Assembly (NCBI GenBank): GCA_000004985.1
Contig: GG738970.1
DNA length: 43,883 nt
DNA from: Naegleria gruberi
Lineage: Eukaryota
Direction: 5' to 3' (one strand)
The notes beneath the pieces are model-generated. The model was not told the DNA's origin and ran no database searches. It saw only the letters and a program-made list of their open reading frames with translations. The position numbers were made by a program, and so were the translations under genes. Numbering within the stretch: position 1 is the first letter of the stretch; every line of letters starts with the position of its first letter. Positions 30,201 to 43,689 of this stretch are shown here, piece after piece.

Positions 30201-33200
30201 NNNNNNNNNNNNNNNNNNNNNNNNNNNNNNNNNNNNNNNNNNNNNNNNNNNNNNNNNNNNNNNNNNNNNNNNNNNNNNNNNNNNNNNNNNNNNNNNNNNN
30301 NNNNNNNNNNNNNNNNNNNNNNNNNNNNNNNNNNNNNNNNNNNNNNNNNNNNNNNNNNNNNNNNNNNNNNNNNNNNNNNNNNNNNNNNNNNNNNNNNNNN
30401 NNNNNNNNNNNNNNNNNNNNNNNNNNNNNNNNNNNNNNNNNNNNNNNNNNNNNNNNNNNNNNNNNNNNNNNNNNNNNNNNNNNNNNNNNNNNNNNNNNNN
30501 NNNNNNNNNNNNNNNNNNNNNNNNNNNNNNNNNNNNNNNNNNNNNNNNNNNNNNNNNNNNNNNNNNNNNNNNNNNNNNNNNNNNNNNNNNNNNNNNNNNN
30601 NNNNNNNNNNNNNNNNNNNNNNNNNNNNNNNNNNNNNNNNNNNNNNNNNNNNNNNNNNNNNNNNNNNNNNNNNNNNNNNNNNNNNNNNNNNNNNNNNNNN
30701 NNNNNNNNNNNNNNNNNNNNNNNNNNNNNNNNNNNNNNNNNNNNNNNNNNNNNNNNNNNNNNNNNNNNNNNNNNNNNNNNNNNNNNNNNNNNNNNNNNNN
30801 NNNNNNNNNNNNNNNNNNNNNNNNNNNNNNNNNNNNNNNNNNNNNNNNNNNNNNNNNNNNNNNNNNNNNNNNNNNNNNNNNNNNNNNNNNNNNNNNNNNN
30901 NNNNNNNNNNNNNNNNNNNNNNNNNNNNNNNNNNNNNNNNNNNNNNNNNNNNNNNNNNNNNNNNNNNNNNNNNNNNNNNNNNNNNNNNNNNNNNNNNNNN
31001 NNNNNNNNNNNNNNNNNNNNNNNNNNNNNNNNNNNNNNNNNNNNNNNNNNNNNNNNNNNNNNNNNNNNNNNNNNNNNNNNNNNNNNNNNNNNNNNNNNNN
31101 NNNNNNNNNNNNNNNNNNNNNNNNNNNNNNNNNNNNNNNNNNNNNNNNNNNNNNNNNNNNNNNNNNNNNNNNNNNNNNNNNNNNNNNNNNNNNNNNNNNN
31201 NNNNNNNNNNNNNNNNNNNNNNNNNNNNNNNNNNNNNNNNNNNNNNNNNNNNNNNNNNNNNNNNNNNNNNNNNNNNNNNNNNNNNNNNNNNNNNNNNNNN
31301 NNNNNNNNNNNNNNNNNNNNNNNNNNNNNNNNNNNNNNNNNNNNNNNNNNNNNNNNNNNNNNNNNNNNNNNNNNNNNNNNNNNNNNNNNNNNNNNNNNNN
31401 NNNNNNNNNNNNNNNNNNNNNNNNNNNNNNNNNNNNNNNNNNNNNNNNNNNNNNNNNNNNNNNNNNNNNNNNNNNNNNNNNNNNNNNNNNNNNNNNNNNN
31501 NNNNNNNNNNNNNNNNNNNNNNNNNNNNNNNNNNNNNNNNNNNNNNNNNNNNNNNNNNNNNNNNNNNNNNNNNNNNNNNNNNNNNNNNNNNNNNNNNNNN
31601 NNNNNNNNNNNNNNNNNNNNNNNNNNNNNNNNNNNNNNNNNNNNNNNNNNNNNNNNNNNNNNNNNNNNNNNNNNNNNNNNNNNNNNNNNNNNNNNNNNNN
31701 NNNNNNNNNNNNNNNNNNNNNNNNNNNNNNNNNNNNNNNNNNNNNNNNNNNNNNNNNNNNNNNNNNNNNNNNNNNNNNNNNNNNNNNNNNNNNNNNNNNN
31801 NNNNNNNNNNNNNNNNNNNNNNNNNNNNNNNNNNNNNNNNNNNNNNNNNNNNNNNNNNNNNNNNNNNNNNNNNNNNNNNNNNNNNNNNNNNNNNNNNNNN
31901 NNNNNNNNNNNNNNNNNNNNNNNNNNNNNNNNNNNNNNNNNNNNNNNNNNNNNNNNNNNNNNNNNNNNNNNNNNNNNNNNNNNNNNNNNNNNNNNNNNNN
32001 NNNNNNNNNNNNNNNNNNNNNNNNNNNNNNNNNNNNNNNNNNNNNNNNNNNNNNNNNNNNNNNNNNNNNNNNNNNNNNNNNNNNNNNNNNNNNNNNNNNN
32101 NNNNNNNNNNNNNNNNNNNNNNNNNNNNNNNNNNNNNNNNNNNNNNNNNNNNNNNNNNNNNNNNNNNNNNNNNNNNNNNNNNNNNNNNNNNNNNNNNNNN
32201 NNNNNNNNNNNNNNNNNNNNNNNNNNNNNNNNNNNNNNNNNNNNNNNNNNNNNNNNNNNNNNNNNNNNNNNNNNNNNNNNNNNNNNNNNNNNNNNNNNNN
32301 NNNNNNNNNNNNNNNNNNNNNNNNNNNNNNNNNNNNNNNNNNNNNNNNNNNNNNNNNNNNNNNNNNNNNNNNNNNNNNNNNNNNNNNNNNNNNNNNNNNN
32401 NNNNNNNNNNNNNNNNNNNNNNNNNNNNNNNNNNNNNNNNNNNNNNNNNNNNNNNNNNNNNNNNNNNNNNNNNNNNNNNNNNNNNNNNNNNNNNNNNNNN
32501 NNNNNNNNNNNNNNNNNNNNNNNNNNNNNNNNNNNNNNNNNNNNNNNNNNNNNNNNNNNNNNNNNNNNNNNNNNNNNNNNNNNNNNNNNNNNNNNNNNNN
32601 NNNNNNNNNNNNNNNNNNNNNNNNNNNNNNNNNNNNNNNNNNNNNNNNNNNNNNNNNNNNNNNNNNNNNNNNNNNNNNNNNNNNNNNNNNNNNNNNNNNN
32701 NNNNNNNNNNNNNNNNNNNNNNNNNNNNNNNNNNNNNNNNNNNNNNNNNNNNNNNNNNNNNNNNNNNNNNNNNNNNNNNNNNNNNNNNNNNNNNNNNNNN
32801 NNNNNNNNNNNNNNNNNNNNNNNNNNNNNNNNNNNNNNNNNNNNNNNNNNNNNNNNNNNNNNNNNNNNNNNNNNNNNNNNNNNNNNNNNNNNNNNNNNNN
32901 NNNNNNNNNNNNNNNNNNNNNNNNNNNNNNNNNNNNNNNNNNNNNNNNNNNNNNNNNNNNNNNNNNNNNNNNNNNNNNNNNNNNNNNNNNNNNNNNNNNN
33001 NNNNNNNNNNNNNNNNNNNNNNNNNNNNNNNNNNNNNNNNNNNNNNNNNNNNNNNNNNNNNNNNNNNNNNNNNNNNNNNNNNNNNNNNNNNNNNNNNNNN
33101 NNNNNNNNNNNNNNNNNNNNNNNNNNNNNNNNNNNNNNNNNNNNNNNNNNNNNNNNNNNNNNNNNNNNNNNNNNNNNNNNNNNNNNNNNNNNNNNNNNNN

Positions 33201-36200
33201 NNNNNNNNNNNNNNNNNNNNNNNNNNNNNNNNNNNNNNNNNNNNNNNNNNNNNNNNNNNNNNNNNNNNNNNNNNNNNNNNNNNNNNNNNNNNNNNNNNNN
33301 NNNNNNNNNNNNNNNNNNNNNNNNNNNNNNNNNNNNNNNNNNNNNNNNNNNNNNNNNNNNNNNNNNNNNNNNNNNNNNNNNNNNNNNNNNNNNNNNNNNN
33401 NNNNNNNNNNNNNNNNNNNNNNNNNNNNNNNNNNNNNNNNNNNNNNNNNNNNNNNNNNNNNNNNNNNNNNNNNNNNNNNNNNNNNNNNNNNNNNNNNNNN
33501 NNNNNNNNNNNNNNNNNNNNNNNNNNNNNNNNNNNNNNNNNNNNNNNNNNNNNNNNNNNNNNNNNNNNNNNNNNNNNNNNNNNNNNNNNNNNNNNNNNNN
33601 NNNNNNNNNNNNNNNNNNNNNNNNNNNNNNNNNNNNNNNNNNNNNNNNNNNNNNNNNNNNNNNNNNNNNNNNNNNNNNNNNNNNNNNNNNNNNNNNNNNN
33701 NNNNNNNNNNNNNNNNNNNNNNNNNNNNNNNNNNNNNNNNNNNNNNNNNNNNNNNNNNNNNNNNNNNNNNNNNNNNNNNNNNNNNNNNNNNNNNNNNNNN
33801 NNNNNNNNNNNNNNNNNNNNNNNNNNNNNNNNNNNNNNNNNNNNNNNNNNNNNNNNNNNNNNNNNNNNNNNNNNNNNNNNNNNNNNNNNNNNNNNNNNNN
33901 NNNNNNNNNNNNNNNNNNNNNNNNNNNNNNNNNNNNNNNNNNNNNNNNNNNNNNNNNNNNNNNNNNNNNNNNNNNNNNNNNNNNNNNNNNNNNNNNNNNN
34001 NNNNNNNNNNNNNNNNNNNNNNNNNNNNNNNNNNNNNNNNNNNNNNNNNNNNNNNNNNNNNNNNNNNNNNNNNNNNNNNNNNNNNNNNNNNNNNNNNNNN
34101 NNNNNNNNNNNNNNNNNNNNNNNNNNNNNNNNNNNNNNNNNNNNNNNNNNNNNNNNNNNNNNNNNNNNNNNNNNNNNNNNNNNNNNNNNNNNNNNNNNNN
34201 NNNNNNNNNNNNNNNNNNNNNNNNNNNNNNNNNNNNNNNNNNNNNNNNNNNNNNNNNNNNNNNNNNNNNNNNNNNNNNNNNNNNNNNNNNNNNNNNNNNN
34301 NNNNNNNNNNNNNNNNNNNNNNNNNNNNNNNNNNNNNNNNNNNNNNNNNNNNNNNNNNNNNNNNNNNNNNNNNNNNNNNNNNNNNNNNNNNNNNNNNNNN
34401 NNNNNNNNNNNNNNNNNNNNNNNNNNNNNNNNNNNNNNNNNNNNNNNNNNNNNNNNNNNNNNNNNNNNNNNNNNNNNNNNNNNNNNNNNNNNNNNNNNNN
34501 NNNNNNNNNNNNNNNNNNNNNNNNNNNNNNNNNNNNNNNNNNNNNNNNNNNNNNNNNNNNNNNNNNNNNNNNNNNNNNNNNNNNNNNNNNNNNNNNNNNN
34601 NNNNNNNNNNNNNNNNNNNNNNNNNNNNNNNNNNNNNNNNNNNNNNNNNNNNNNNNNNNNNNNNNNNNNNNNNNNNNNNNNNNNNNNNNNNNNNNNNNNN
34701 NNNNNNNNNNNNNNNNNNNNNNNNNNNNNNNNNNNNNNNNNNNNNNNNNNNNNNNNNNNNNNNNNNNNNNNNNNNNNNNNNNNNNNNNNNNNNNNNNNNN
34801 NNNNNNNNNNNNNNNNNNNNNNNNNNNNNNNNNNNNNNNNNNNNNNNNNNNNNNNNNNNNNNNNNNNNNNNNNNNNNNNNNNNNNNNNNNNNNNNNNNNN
34901 NNNNNNNNNNNNNNNNNNNNNNNNNNNNNNNNNNNNNNNNNNNNNNNNNNNNNNNNNNNNNNNNNNNNNNNNNNNNNNNNNNNNNNNNNNNNNNNNNNNN
35001 NNNNNNNNNNNNNNNNNNNNNNNNNNNNNNNNNNNNNNNNNNNNNNNNNNNNNNNNNNNNNNNNNNNNNNNNNNNNNNNNNNNNNNNNNNNNNNNNNNNN
35101 NNNNNNNNNNNNNNNNNNNNNNNNNNNNNNNNNNNNNNNNNNNNNNNNNNNNNNNNNNNNNNNNNNNNNNNNNNNNNNNNNNNNNNNNNNNNNNNNNNNN
35201 NNNNNNNNNNNNNNNNNNNNNNNNNNNNNNNNNNNNNNNNNNNNNNNNNNNNNNNNNNNNNNNNNNNNNNNNNNNNNNNNNNNNNNNNNNNNNNNNNNNN
35301 NNNNNNNNNNNNNNNNNNNNNNNNNNNNNNNNNNNNNNNNNNNNNNNNNNNNNNNNNNNNNNNNNNNNNNNNNNNNNNNNNNNNNNNNNNNNNNNNNNNN
35401 NNNNNNNNNNNNNNNNNNNNNNNNNNNNNNNNNNNNNNNNNNNNNNNNNNNNNNNNNNNNNNNNNNNNNNNNNNNNNNNNNNNNNNNNNNNNNNNNNNNN
35501 NNNNNNNNNNNNNNNNNNNNNNNNNNNNNNNNNNNNNNNNNNNNNNNNNNNNNNNNNNNNNNNNNNNNNNNNNNNNNNNNNNNNNNNNNNNNNNNNNNNN
35601 NNNNNNNNNNNNNNNNNNNNNNNNNNNNNNNNNNNNNNNNNNNNNNNNNNNNNNNNNNNNNNNNNNNNNNNNNNNNNNNNNNNNNNNNNNNNNNNNNNNN
35701 NNNNNNNNNNNNNNNNNNNNNNNNNNNNNNNNNNNNNNNNNNNNNNNNNNNNNNNNNNNNNNNNNNNNNNNNNNNNNNNNNNNNNNNNNNNNNNNNNNNN
35801 NNNNNNNNNNNNNNNNNNNNNNNNNNNNNNNNNNNNNNNNNNNNNNNNNNNNNNNNNNNNNNNNNNNNNNNNNNNNNNNNNNNNNNNNNNNNNNNNNNNN
35901 NNNNNNNNNNNNNNNNNNNNNNNNNNNNNNNNNNNNNNNNNNNNNNNNNNNNNNNNNNNNNNNNNNNNNNNNNNNNNNNNNNNNNNNNNNNNNNNNNNNN
36001 NNNNNNNNNNNNNNNNNNNNNNNNNNNNNNNNNNNNNNNNNNNNNNNNNNNNNNNNNNNNNNNNNNNNNNNNNNNNNNNNNNNNNNNNNNNNNNNNNNNN
36101 NNNNNNNNNNNNNNNNNNNNNNNNNNNNNNNNNNNNNNNNNNNNNNNNNNNNNNNNNNNNNNNNNNNNNNNNNNNNNNNNNNNNNNNNNNNNNNNNNNNN

Positions 36201-39200
36201 NNNNNNNNNNNNNNNNNNNNNNNNNNNNNNNNNNNNNNNNNNNNNNNNNNNNNNNNNNNNNNNNNNNNNNNNNNNNNNNNNNNNNNNNNNNNNNNNNNNN
36301 NNNNNNNNNNNNNNNNNNNNNNNNNNNNNNNNNNNNNNNNNNNNNNNNNNNNNNNNNNNNNNNNNNNNNNNNNNNNNNNNNNNNNNNNNNNNNNNNNNNN
36401 NNNNNNNNNNNNNNNNNNNNNNNNNNNNNNNNNNNNNNNNNNNNNNNNNNNNNNNNNNNNNNNNNNNNNNNNNNNNNNNNNNNNNNNNNNNNNNNNNNNN
36501 NNNNNNNNNNNNNNNNNNNNNNNNNNNNNNNNNNNNNNNNNNNNNNNNNNNNNNNNNNNNNNNNNNNNNNNNNNNNNNNNNNNNNNNNNNNNNNNNNNNN
36601 NNNNNNNNNNNNNNNNNNNNNNNNNNNNNNNNNNNNNNNNNNNNNNNNNNNNNNNNNNNNNNNNNNNNNNNNNNNNNNNNNNNNNNNNNNNNNNNNNNNN
36701 NNNNNNNNNNNNNNNNNNNNNNNNNNNNNNNNNNNNNNNNNNNNNNNNNNNNNNNNNNNNNNNNNNNNNNNNNNNNNNNNNNNNNNNNNNNNNNNNNNNN
36801 NNNNNNNNNNNNNNNNNNNNNNNNNNNNNNNNNNNNNNNNNNNNNNNNNNNNNNNNNNNNNNNNNNNNNNNNNNNNNNNNNNNNNNNNNNNNNNNNNNNN
36901 NNNNNNNNNNNNNNNNNNNNNNNNNNNNNNNNNNNNNNNNNNNNNNNNNNNNNNNNNNNNNNNNNNNNNNNNNNNNNNNNNNNNNNNNNNNNNNNNNNNN
37001 NNNNNNNNNNNNNNNNNNNNNNNNNNNNNNNNNNNNNNNNNNNNNNNNNNNNNNNNNNNNNNNNNNNNNNNNNNNNNNNNNNNNNNNNNNNNNNNNNNNN
37101 NNNNNNNNNNNNNNNNNNNNNNNNNNNNNNNNNNNNNNNNNNNNNNNNNNNNNNNNNNNNNNNNNNNNNNNNNNNNNNNNNNNNNNNNNNNNNNNNNNNN
37201 NNNNNNNNNNNNNNNNNNNNNNNNNNNNNNNNNNNNNNNNNNNNNNNNNNNNNNNNNNNNNNNNNNNNNNNNNNNNNNNNNNNNNNNNNNNNNNNNNNNN
37301 NNNNNNNNNNNNNNNNNNNNNNNNNNNNNNNNNNNNNNNNNNNNNNNNNNNNNNNNNNNNNNNNNNNNNNNNNNNNNNNNNNNNNNNNNNNNNNNNNNNN
37401 NNNNNNNNNNNNNNNNNNNNNNNNNNNNNNNNNNNNNNNNNNNNNNNNNNNNNNNNNNNNNNNNNNNNNNNNNNNNNNNNNNNNNNNNNNNNNNNNNNNN
37501 NNNNNNNNNNNNNNNNNNNNNNNNNNNNNNNNNNNNNNNNNNNNNNNNNNNNNNNNNNNNNNNNNNNNNNNNNNNNNNNNNNNNNNNNNNNNNNNNNNNN
37601 NNNNNNNNNNNNNNNNNNNNNNNNNNNNNNNNNNNNNNNNNNNNNNNNNNNNNNNNNNNNNNNNNNNNNNNNNNNNNNNNNNNNNNNNNNNNNNNNNNNN
37701 NNNNNNNNNNNNNNNNNNNNNNNNNNNNNNNNNNNNNNNNNNNNNNNNNNNNNNNNNNNNNNNNNNNNNNNNNNNNNNNNNNNNNNNNNNNNNNNNNNNN
37801 NNNNNNNNNNNNNNNNNNNNNNNNNNNNNNNNNNNNNNNNNNNNNNNNNNNNNNNNNNNNNNNNNNNNNNNNNNNNNNNNNNNNNNNNNNNNNNNNNNNN
37901 NNNNNNNNNNNNNNNNNNNNNNNNNNNNNNNNNNNNNNNNNNNNNNNNNNNNNNNNNNNNNNNNNNNNNNNNNNNNNNNNNNNNNNNNNNNNNNNNNNNN
38001 NNNNNNNNNNNNNNNNNNNNNNNNNNNNNNNNNNNNNNNNNNNNNNNNNNNNNNNNNNNNNNNNNNNNNNNNNNNNNNNNNNNNNNNNNNNNNNNNNNNN
38101 NNNNNNNNNNNNNNNNNNNNNNNNNNNNNNNNNNNNNNNNNNNNNNNNNNNNNNNNNNNNNNNNNNNNNNNNNNNNNNNNNNNNNNNNNNNNNNNNNNNN
38201 NNNNNNNNNNNNNNNNNNNNNNNNNNNNNNNNNNNNNNNNNNNNNNNNNNNNNNNNNNNNNNNNNNNNNNNNNNNNNNNNNNNNNNNNNNNNNNNNNNNN
38301 NNNNNNNNNNNNNNNNNNNNNNNNNNNNNNNNNNNNNNNNNNNNNNNNNNNNNNNNNNNNNNNNNNNNNNNNNNNNNNNNNNNNNNNNNNNNNNNNNNNN
38401 NNNNNNNNNNNNNNNNNNNNNNNNNNNNNNNNNNNNNNNNNNNNNNNNNNNNNNNNNNNNNNNNNNNNNNNNNNNNNNNNNNNNNNNNNNNNNNNNNNNN
38501 NNNNNNNNNNNNNNNNNNNNNNNNNNNNNNNNNNNNNNNNNNNNNNNNNNNNNNNNNNNNNNNNNNNNNNNNNNNNNNNNNNNNNNNNNNNNNNNNNNNN
38601 NNNNNNNNNNNNNNNNNNNNNNNNNNNNNNNNNNNNNNNNNNNNNNNNNNNNNNNNNNNNNNNNNNNNNNNNNNNNNNNNNNNNNNNNNNNNNNNNNNNN
38701 NNNNNNNNNNNNNNNNNNNNNNNNNNNNNNNNNNNNNNNNNNNNNNNNNNNNNNNNNNNNNNNNNNNNNNNNNNNNNNNNNNNNNNNNNNNNNNNNNNNN
38801 NNNNNNNNNNNNNNNNNNNNNNNNNNNNNNNNNNNNNNNNNNNNNNNNNNNNNNNNNNNNNNNNNNNNNNNNNNNNNNNNNNNNNNNNNNNNNNNNNNNN
38901 NNNNNNNNNNNNNNNNNNNNNNNNNNNNNNNNNNNNNNNNNNNNNNNNNNNNNNNNNNNNNNNNNNNNNNNNNNNNNNNNNNNNNNNNNNNNNNNNNNNN
39001 NNNNNNNNNNNNNNNNNNNNNNNNNNNNNNNNNNNNNNNNNNNNNNNNNNNNNNNNNNNNNNNNNNNNNNNNNNNNNNNNNNNNNNNNNNNNNNNNNNNN
39101 NNNNNNNNNNNNNNNNNNNNNNNNNNNNNNNNNNNNNNNNNNNNNNNNNNNNNNNNNNNNNNNNNNNNNNNNNNNNNNNNNNNNNNNNNNNNNNNNNNNN

Positions 39201-42200
39201 NNNNNNNNNNNNNNNNNNNNNNNNNNNNNNNNNNNNNNNNNNNNNNNNNNNNNNNNNNNNNNNNNNNNNNNNNNNNNNNNNNNNNNNNNNNNNNNNNNNN
39301 NNNNNNNNNNNNNNNNNNNNNNNNNNNNNNNNNNNNNNNNNNNNNNNNNNNNNNNNNNNNNNNNNNNNNNNNNNNNNNNNNNNNNNNNNNNNNNNNNNNN
39401 NNNNNNNNNNNNNNNNNNNNNNNNNNNNNNNNNNNNNNNNNNNNNNNNNNNNNNNNNNNNNNNNNNNNNNNNNNNNNNNNNNNNNNNNNNNNNNNNNNNN
39501 NNNNNNNNNNNNNNNNNNNNNNNNNNNNNNNNNNNNNNNNNNNNNNNNNNNNNNNNNNNNNNNNNNNNNNNNNNNNNNNNNNNNNNNNNNNNNNNNNNNN
39601 NNNNNNNNNNNNNNNNNNNNNNNNNNNNNNNNNNNNNNNNNNNNNNNNNNNNNNNNNNNNNNNNNNNNNNNNNNNNNNNNNNNNNNNNNNNNNNNNNNNN
39701 NNNNNNNNNNNNNNNNNNNNNNNNNNNNNNNNNNNNNNNNNNNNNNNNNNNNNNNNNNNNNNNNNNNNNNNNNNNNNNNNNNNNNNNNNNNNNNNNNNNN
39801 NNNNNNNNNNNNNNNNNNNNNNNNNNNNNNNNNNNNNNNNNNNNNNNNNNNNNNNNNNNNNNNNNNNNNNNNNNNNNNNNNNNNNNNNNNNNNNNNNNNN
39901 NNNNNNNNNNNNNNNNNNNNNNNNNNNNNNNNNNNNNNNNNNNNNNNNNNNNNNNNNNNNNNNNNNNNNNNNNNNNNNNNNNNNNNNNNNNNNNNNNNNN
40001 NNNNNNNNNNNNNNNNNNNNNNNNNNNNNNNNNNNNNNNNNNNNNNNNNNNNNNNNNNNNNNNNNNNNNNNNNNNNNNNNNNNNNNNNNNNNNNNNNNNN
40101 NNNNNNNNNNNNNNNNNNNNNNNNNNNNNNNNNNNNNNNNNNNNNNNNNNNNNNNNNNNNNNNNNNNNNNNNNNNNNNNNNNNNNNNNNNNNNNNNNNNN
40201 NNNNNNNNNNNNNNNNNNNNNNNNNNNNNNNNNNNNNNNNNNNNNNNNNNNNNNNNNNNNNNNNNNNNNNNNNNNNNNNNNNNNNNNNNNNNNNNNNNNN
40301 NNNNNNNNNNNNNNNNNNNNNNNNNNNNNNNNNNNNNNNNNNNNNNNNNNNNNNNNNNNNNNNNNNNNNNNNNNNNNNNNNNNNNNNNNNNNNNNNNNNN
40401 NNNNNNNNNNNNNNNNNNNNNNNNNNNNNNNNNNNNNNNNNNNNNNNNNNNNNNNNNNNNNNNNNNNNNNNNNNNNNNNNNNNNNNNNNNNNNNNNNNNN
40501 NNNNNNNNNNNNNNNNNNNNNNNNNNNNNNNNNNNNNNNNNNNNNNNNNNNNNNNNNNNNNNNNNNNNNNNNNNNNNNNNNNNNNNNNNNNNNNNNNNNN
40601 NNNNNNNNNNNNNNNNNNNNNNNNNNNNNNNNNNNNNNNNNNNNNNNNNNNNNNNNNNNNNNNNNNNNNNNNNNNNNNNNNNNNNNNNNNNNNNNNNNNN
40701 NNNNNNNNNNNNNNNNNNNNNNNNNNNNNNNNNNNNNNNNNNNNNNNNNNNNNNNNNNNNNNNNNNNNNNNNNNNNNNNNNNNNNNNNNNNNNNNNNNNN
40801 NNNNNNNNNNNNNNNNNNNNNNNNNNNNNNNNNNNNNNNNNNNNNNNNNNNNNNNNNNNNNNNNNNNNNNNNNNNNNNNNNNNNNNNNNNNNNNNNNNNN
40901 NNNNNNNNNNNNNNNNNNNNNNNNNNNNNNNNNNNNNNNNNNNNNNNNNNNNNNNNNNNNNNNNNNNNNNNNNNNNNNNNNNNNNNNNNNNNNNNNNNNN
41001 NNNNNNNNNNNNNNNNNNNNNNNNNNNNNNNNNNNNNNNNNNNNNNNNNNNNNNNNNNNNNNNNNNNNNNNNNNNNNNNNNNNNNNNNNNNNNNNNNNNN
41101 NNNNNNNNNNNNNNNNNNNNNNNNNNNNNNNNNNNNNNNNNNNNNNNNNNNNNNNNNNNNNNNNNNNNNNNNNNNNNNNNNNNNNNNNNNNNNNNNNNNN
41201 NNNNNNNNNNNNNNNNNNNNNNNNNNNNNNNNNNNNNNNNNNNNNNNNNNNNNNNNNNNNNNNNNNNNNNNNNNNNNNNNNNNNNNNNNNNNNNNNNNNN
41301 NNNNNNNNNNNNNNNNNNNNNNNNNNNNNNNNNNNNNNNNNNNNNNNNNNNNNNNNNNNNNNNNNNNNNNNNNNNNNNNNNNNNNNNNNNNNNNNNNNNN
41401 NNNNNNNNNNNNNNNNNNNNNNNNNNNNNNNNNNNNNNNNNNNNNNNNNNNNNNNNNNNNNNNNNNNNNNNNNNNNNNNNNNNNNNNNNNNNNNNNNNNN
41501 NNNNNNNNNNNNNNNNNNNNNNNNNNNNNNNNNNNNNNNNNNNNNNNNNNNNNNNNNNNNNNNNNNNNNNNNNNNNNNNNNNNNNNNNNNNNNNNNNNNN
41601 NNNNNNNNNNNNNNNNNNNNNNNNNNNNNNNNNNNNNNNNNNNNNNNNNNNNNNNNNNNNNNNNNNNNNNNNNNNNNNNNNNNNNNNNNNNNNNNNNNNN
41701 NNNNNNNNNNNNNNNNNNNNNNNNNNNNNNNNNNNNNNNNNNNNNNNNNNNNNNNNNNNNNNNNNNNNNNNNNNNNNNNNNNNNNNNNNNNNNNNNNNNN
41801 NNNNNNNNNNNNNNNNNNNNNNNNNNNNNNNNNNNNNNNNNNNNNNNNNNNNNNNNNNNNNNNNNNNNNNNNNNNNNNNNNNNNNNNNNNNNNNNNNNNN
41901 NNNNNNNNNNNNNNNNNNNNNNNNNNNNNNNNNNNNNNNNNNNNNNNNNNNNNNNNNNNNNNNNNNNNNNNNNNNNNNNNNNNNNNNNNNNNNNNNNNNN
42001 NNNNNNNNNNNNNNNNNNNNNNNNNNNNNNNNNNNNNNNNNNNNNNNNNNNNNNNNNNNNNNNNNNNNNNNNNNNNNNNNNNNNNNNNNNNNNNNNNNNN
42101 NNNNNNNNNNNNNNNNNNNNNNNNNNNNNNNNNNNNNNNNNNNNNNNNNNNNNNNNNNNNNNNNNNNNNNNNNNNNNNNNNNNNNNNNNNNNNNNNNNNN

Positions 42201-42333
42201 NNNNNNNNNNNNNNNNNNNNNNNNNNNNNNNNNNNNNNNNNNNNNNNNNNNNNNNNNNNNNNNNNNNNNNNNNNNNNNNNNNNNNNNNNNNNNNNNNNNN
42301 NNNNNNNNNNNNNNNNNNNNNNNNNNNNNNNNN
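15295..42333. other. Assembly gap (27039 N)
   Basis: Run of n. The track ORFs 14997..42368 and 15212..42337 are artefacts. Confidence 0.95.
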
Positions 42334-42714
42334 TCAATTCTACTGGATCGTTATTTGTTGCATTGTAAAGGGAAAGAGCTTTCTAAATTCCTCTTCTGTA
42401 ACATTGTTTTCTGAAATATCATGATTGGCAGTATCCAATAGGTATTCTGAGATTCTTCAGAAGTCTTGTTTTCGTTAGCCTCCATCCATAATGGATAGAC
42501 GTAATTTGTATTGTTCAATTTTGTCTTGTAGATTTGAAGATGGGAAACTGGCTTTCTAAGTTGTTCATGTTGCAATCTTAAGTCGTTAGCTTTTATCGGA
42601 AACTTGTTCAAAAAAATTTCATAGGAAGCATGTGTAGTGTGGTAAGAGACAAAATAATGGTATTTTTTTAAGGTAGTTCGTTAAGCTTAGAATAAAAAGG
42701 TTTTGATGTTTGCC

Positions 42715-42718
42715 AAAA
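42715..42718 (-). terminator. RNA polymerase III T-run terminator just downstream of tRNA-Tyr
   Basis: The minus-strand sequence after the discriminator is T-GATTTTGGC. A second T5 run lies at 42694-42698. Confidence 0.5.
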
Positions 42719-42721
42719 TCA

Positions 42722-42809
42722 TCCGATGAGACGGAATCGAACCGCCGACCACAGGATTACAGTTGTTTCTTGCTACAGTCCCATGCTCTACCAGCTGAGC
42801 TATCATCGG
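42722..42809 (-). tRNA. tRNA-Tyr (anticodon GUA) with a 15-nt intron just 3' of the anticodon; 73 nt mature
   Basis: The minus-strand sequence is CCGATGA-TA-GCTCAGCTGGTAGAGC-A-TGGGA-CTGTAG-[CAAGAAACAACTGTA]-A-TCCTG-TGGTC-GGCGGTTCGATTCCGTC-TCATCGG-A. It has a 7-bp acceptor stem. The D-arm is identical to animal and fungal tRNA-Tyr. The anticodon stem TGGGA/TCCTG includes two G-U pairs. The GTA anticodon sits in a CU-GUA loop, the T-arm is GGCGG/CCGTC with GTTCGATTC, and the discriminator is A. An intron at this position is universal for eukaryotic tRNA-Tyr. Confidence 0.85.
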
Positions 42810-43689
42810 TACATATATTGAAATTAAGGTTGAAATATTTGTTATTGCGATTCTCCAATAAAACTCAAACTTTTCAGTCTTAGTACAATCTGTTGTTTCT
42901 CCCTATCAAATATTTCACCCACACAACATATCTACACAATATTCCTCCCAACAAAAGATATCCAATCCTAGCATCAAACTTGACCTCAATTATTTTTCTC
43001 AATTCGGAATTATCACACCAATATTTTTATTCAAATACTTTCTTACTAAGTTTCGAATGACGCAAGTAACGGATGTTGTAGTTCATGATTTATAAAATTG
43101 TTTATCATTTTAAATCATGATTATTTAATGGATTTGGTTGATGCTCCATCTTTTTCTTAGCCAGAATTTGATTTAACCATTTTCAAAGAACAGCACCATA
43201 GTAAATATGACTTTACAAAATACGAATATTCCACACAATAATATTAGTCAGTTACCATATATAGTTTTTAAGCAAGGTTCCACATCGCACTTAGATGATT
43301 CCCAAAAACATCCACATTAACCCGCTTATTCAACCAGACTAACCACCAACTGACTCAGAACTTCGTTCTCTGCTCATCGGGTAAGAAGATACTTTGCCAT
43401 ACGATAATCAAACATTCATCTTTTACATTAATAAAAATTGATGATGAAGTAGGGAATCGAGATTGTTTAATCGGAATCCAATATTGATGAATTTCCATTA
43501 AGAAGAACTTTTAATTCATCCACCCCAACGTTTTCTTACCAACAAATGACTGAGAAAAGAAGCAAAAACCCTTATCTTTTTATCATGCTCTTGATGATTC
43601 GTTAATCGGTTTCTTAATGTCTCTTGTCAAATTGAGAGAATTGTAATCTCAACACCCTAGAACCTCAATAATTATTTTTACGATCCTCA

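Noticed and set aside
14997-42368. The 9123-aa plus-strand ORF and the 9041-aa minus-strand ORF at 15212..42337
   Set aside because: Both are artefacts of the 27-kb N-run. Only 14997-15294 (plus) and a few codons at 15212-15294 / 42334-42368 are real sequence.
42351-42611. A minus-strand 86-aa ORF next to the gap
   Set aside because: It has no motifs and begins inside or adjacent to N. Most likely it is spurious.
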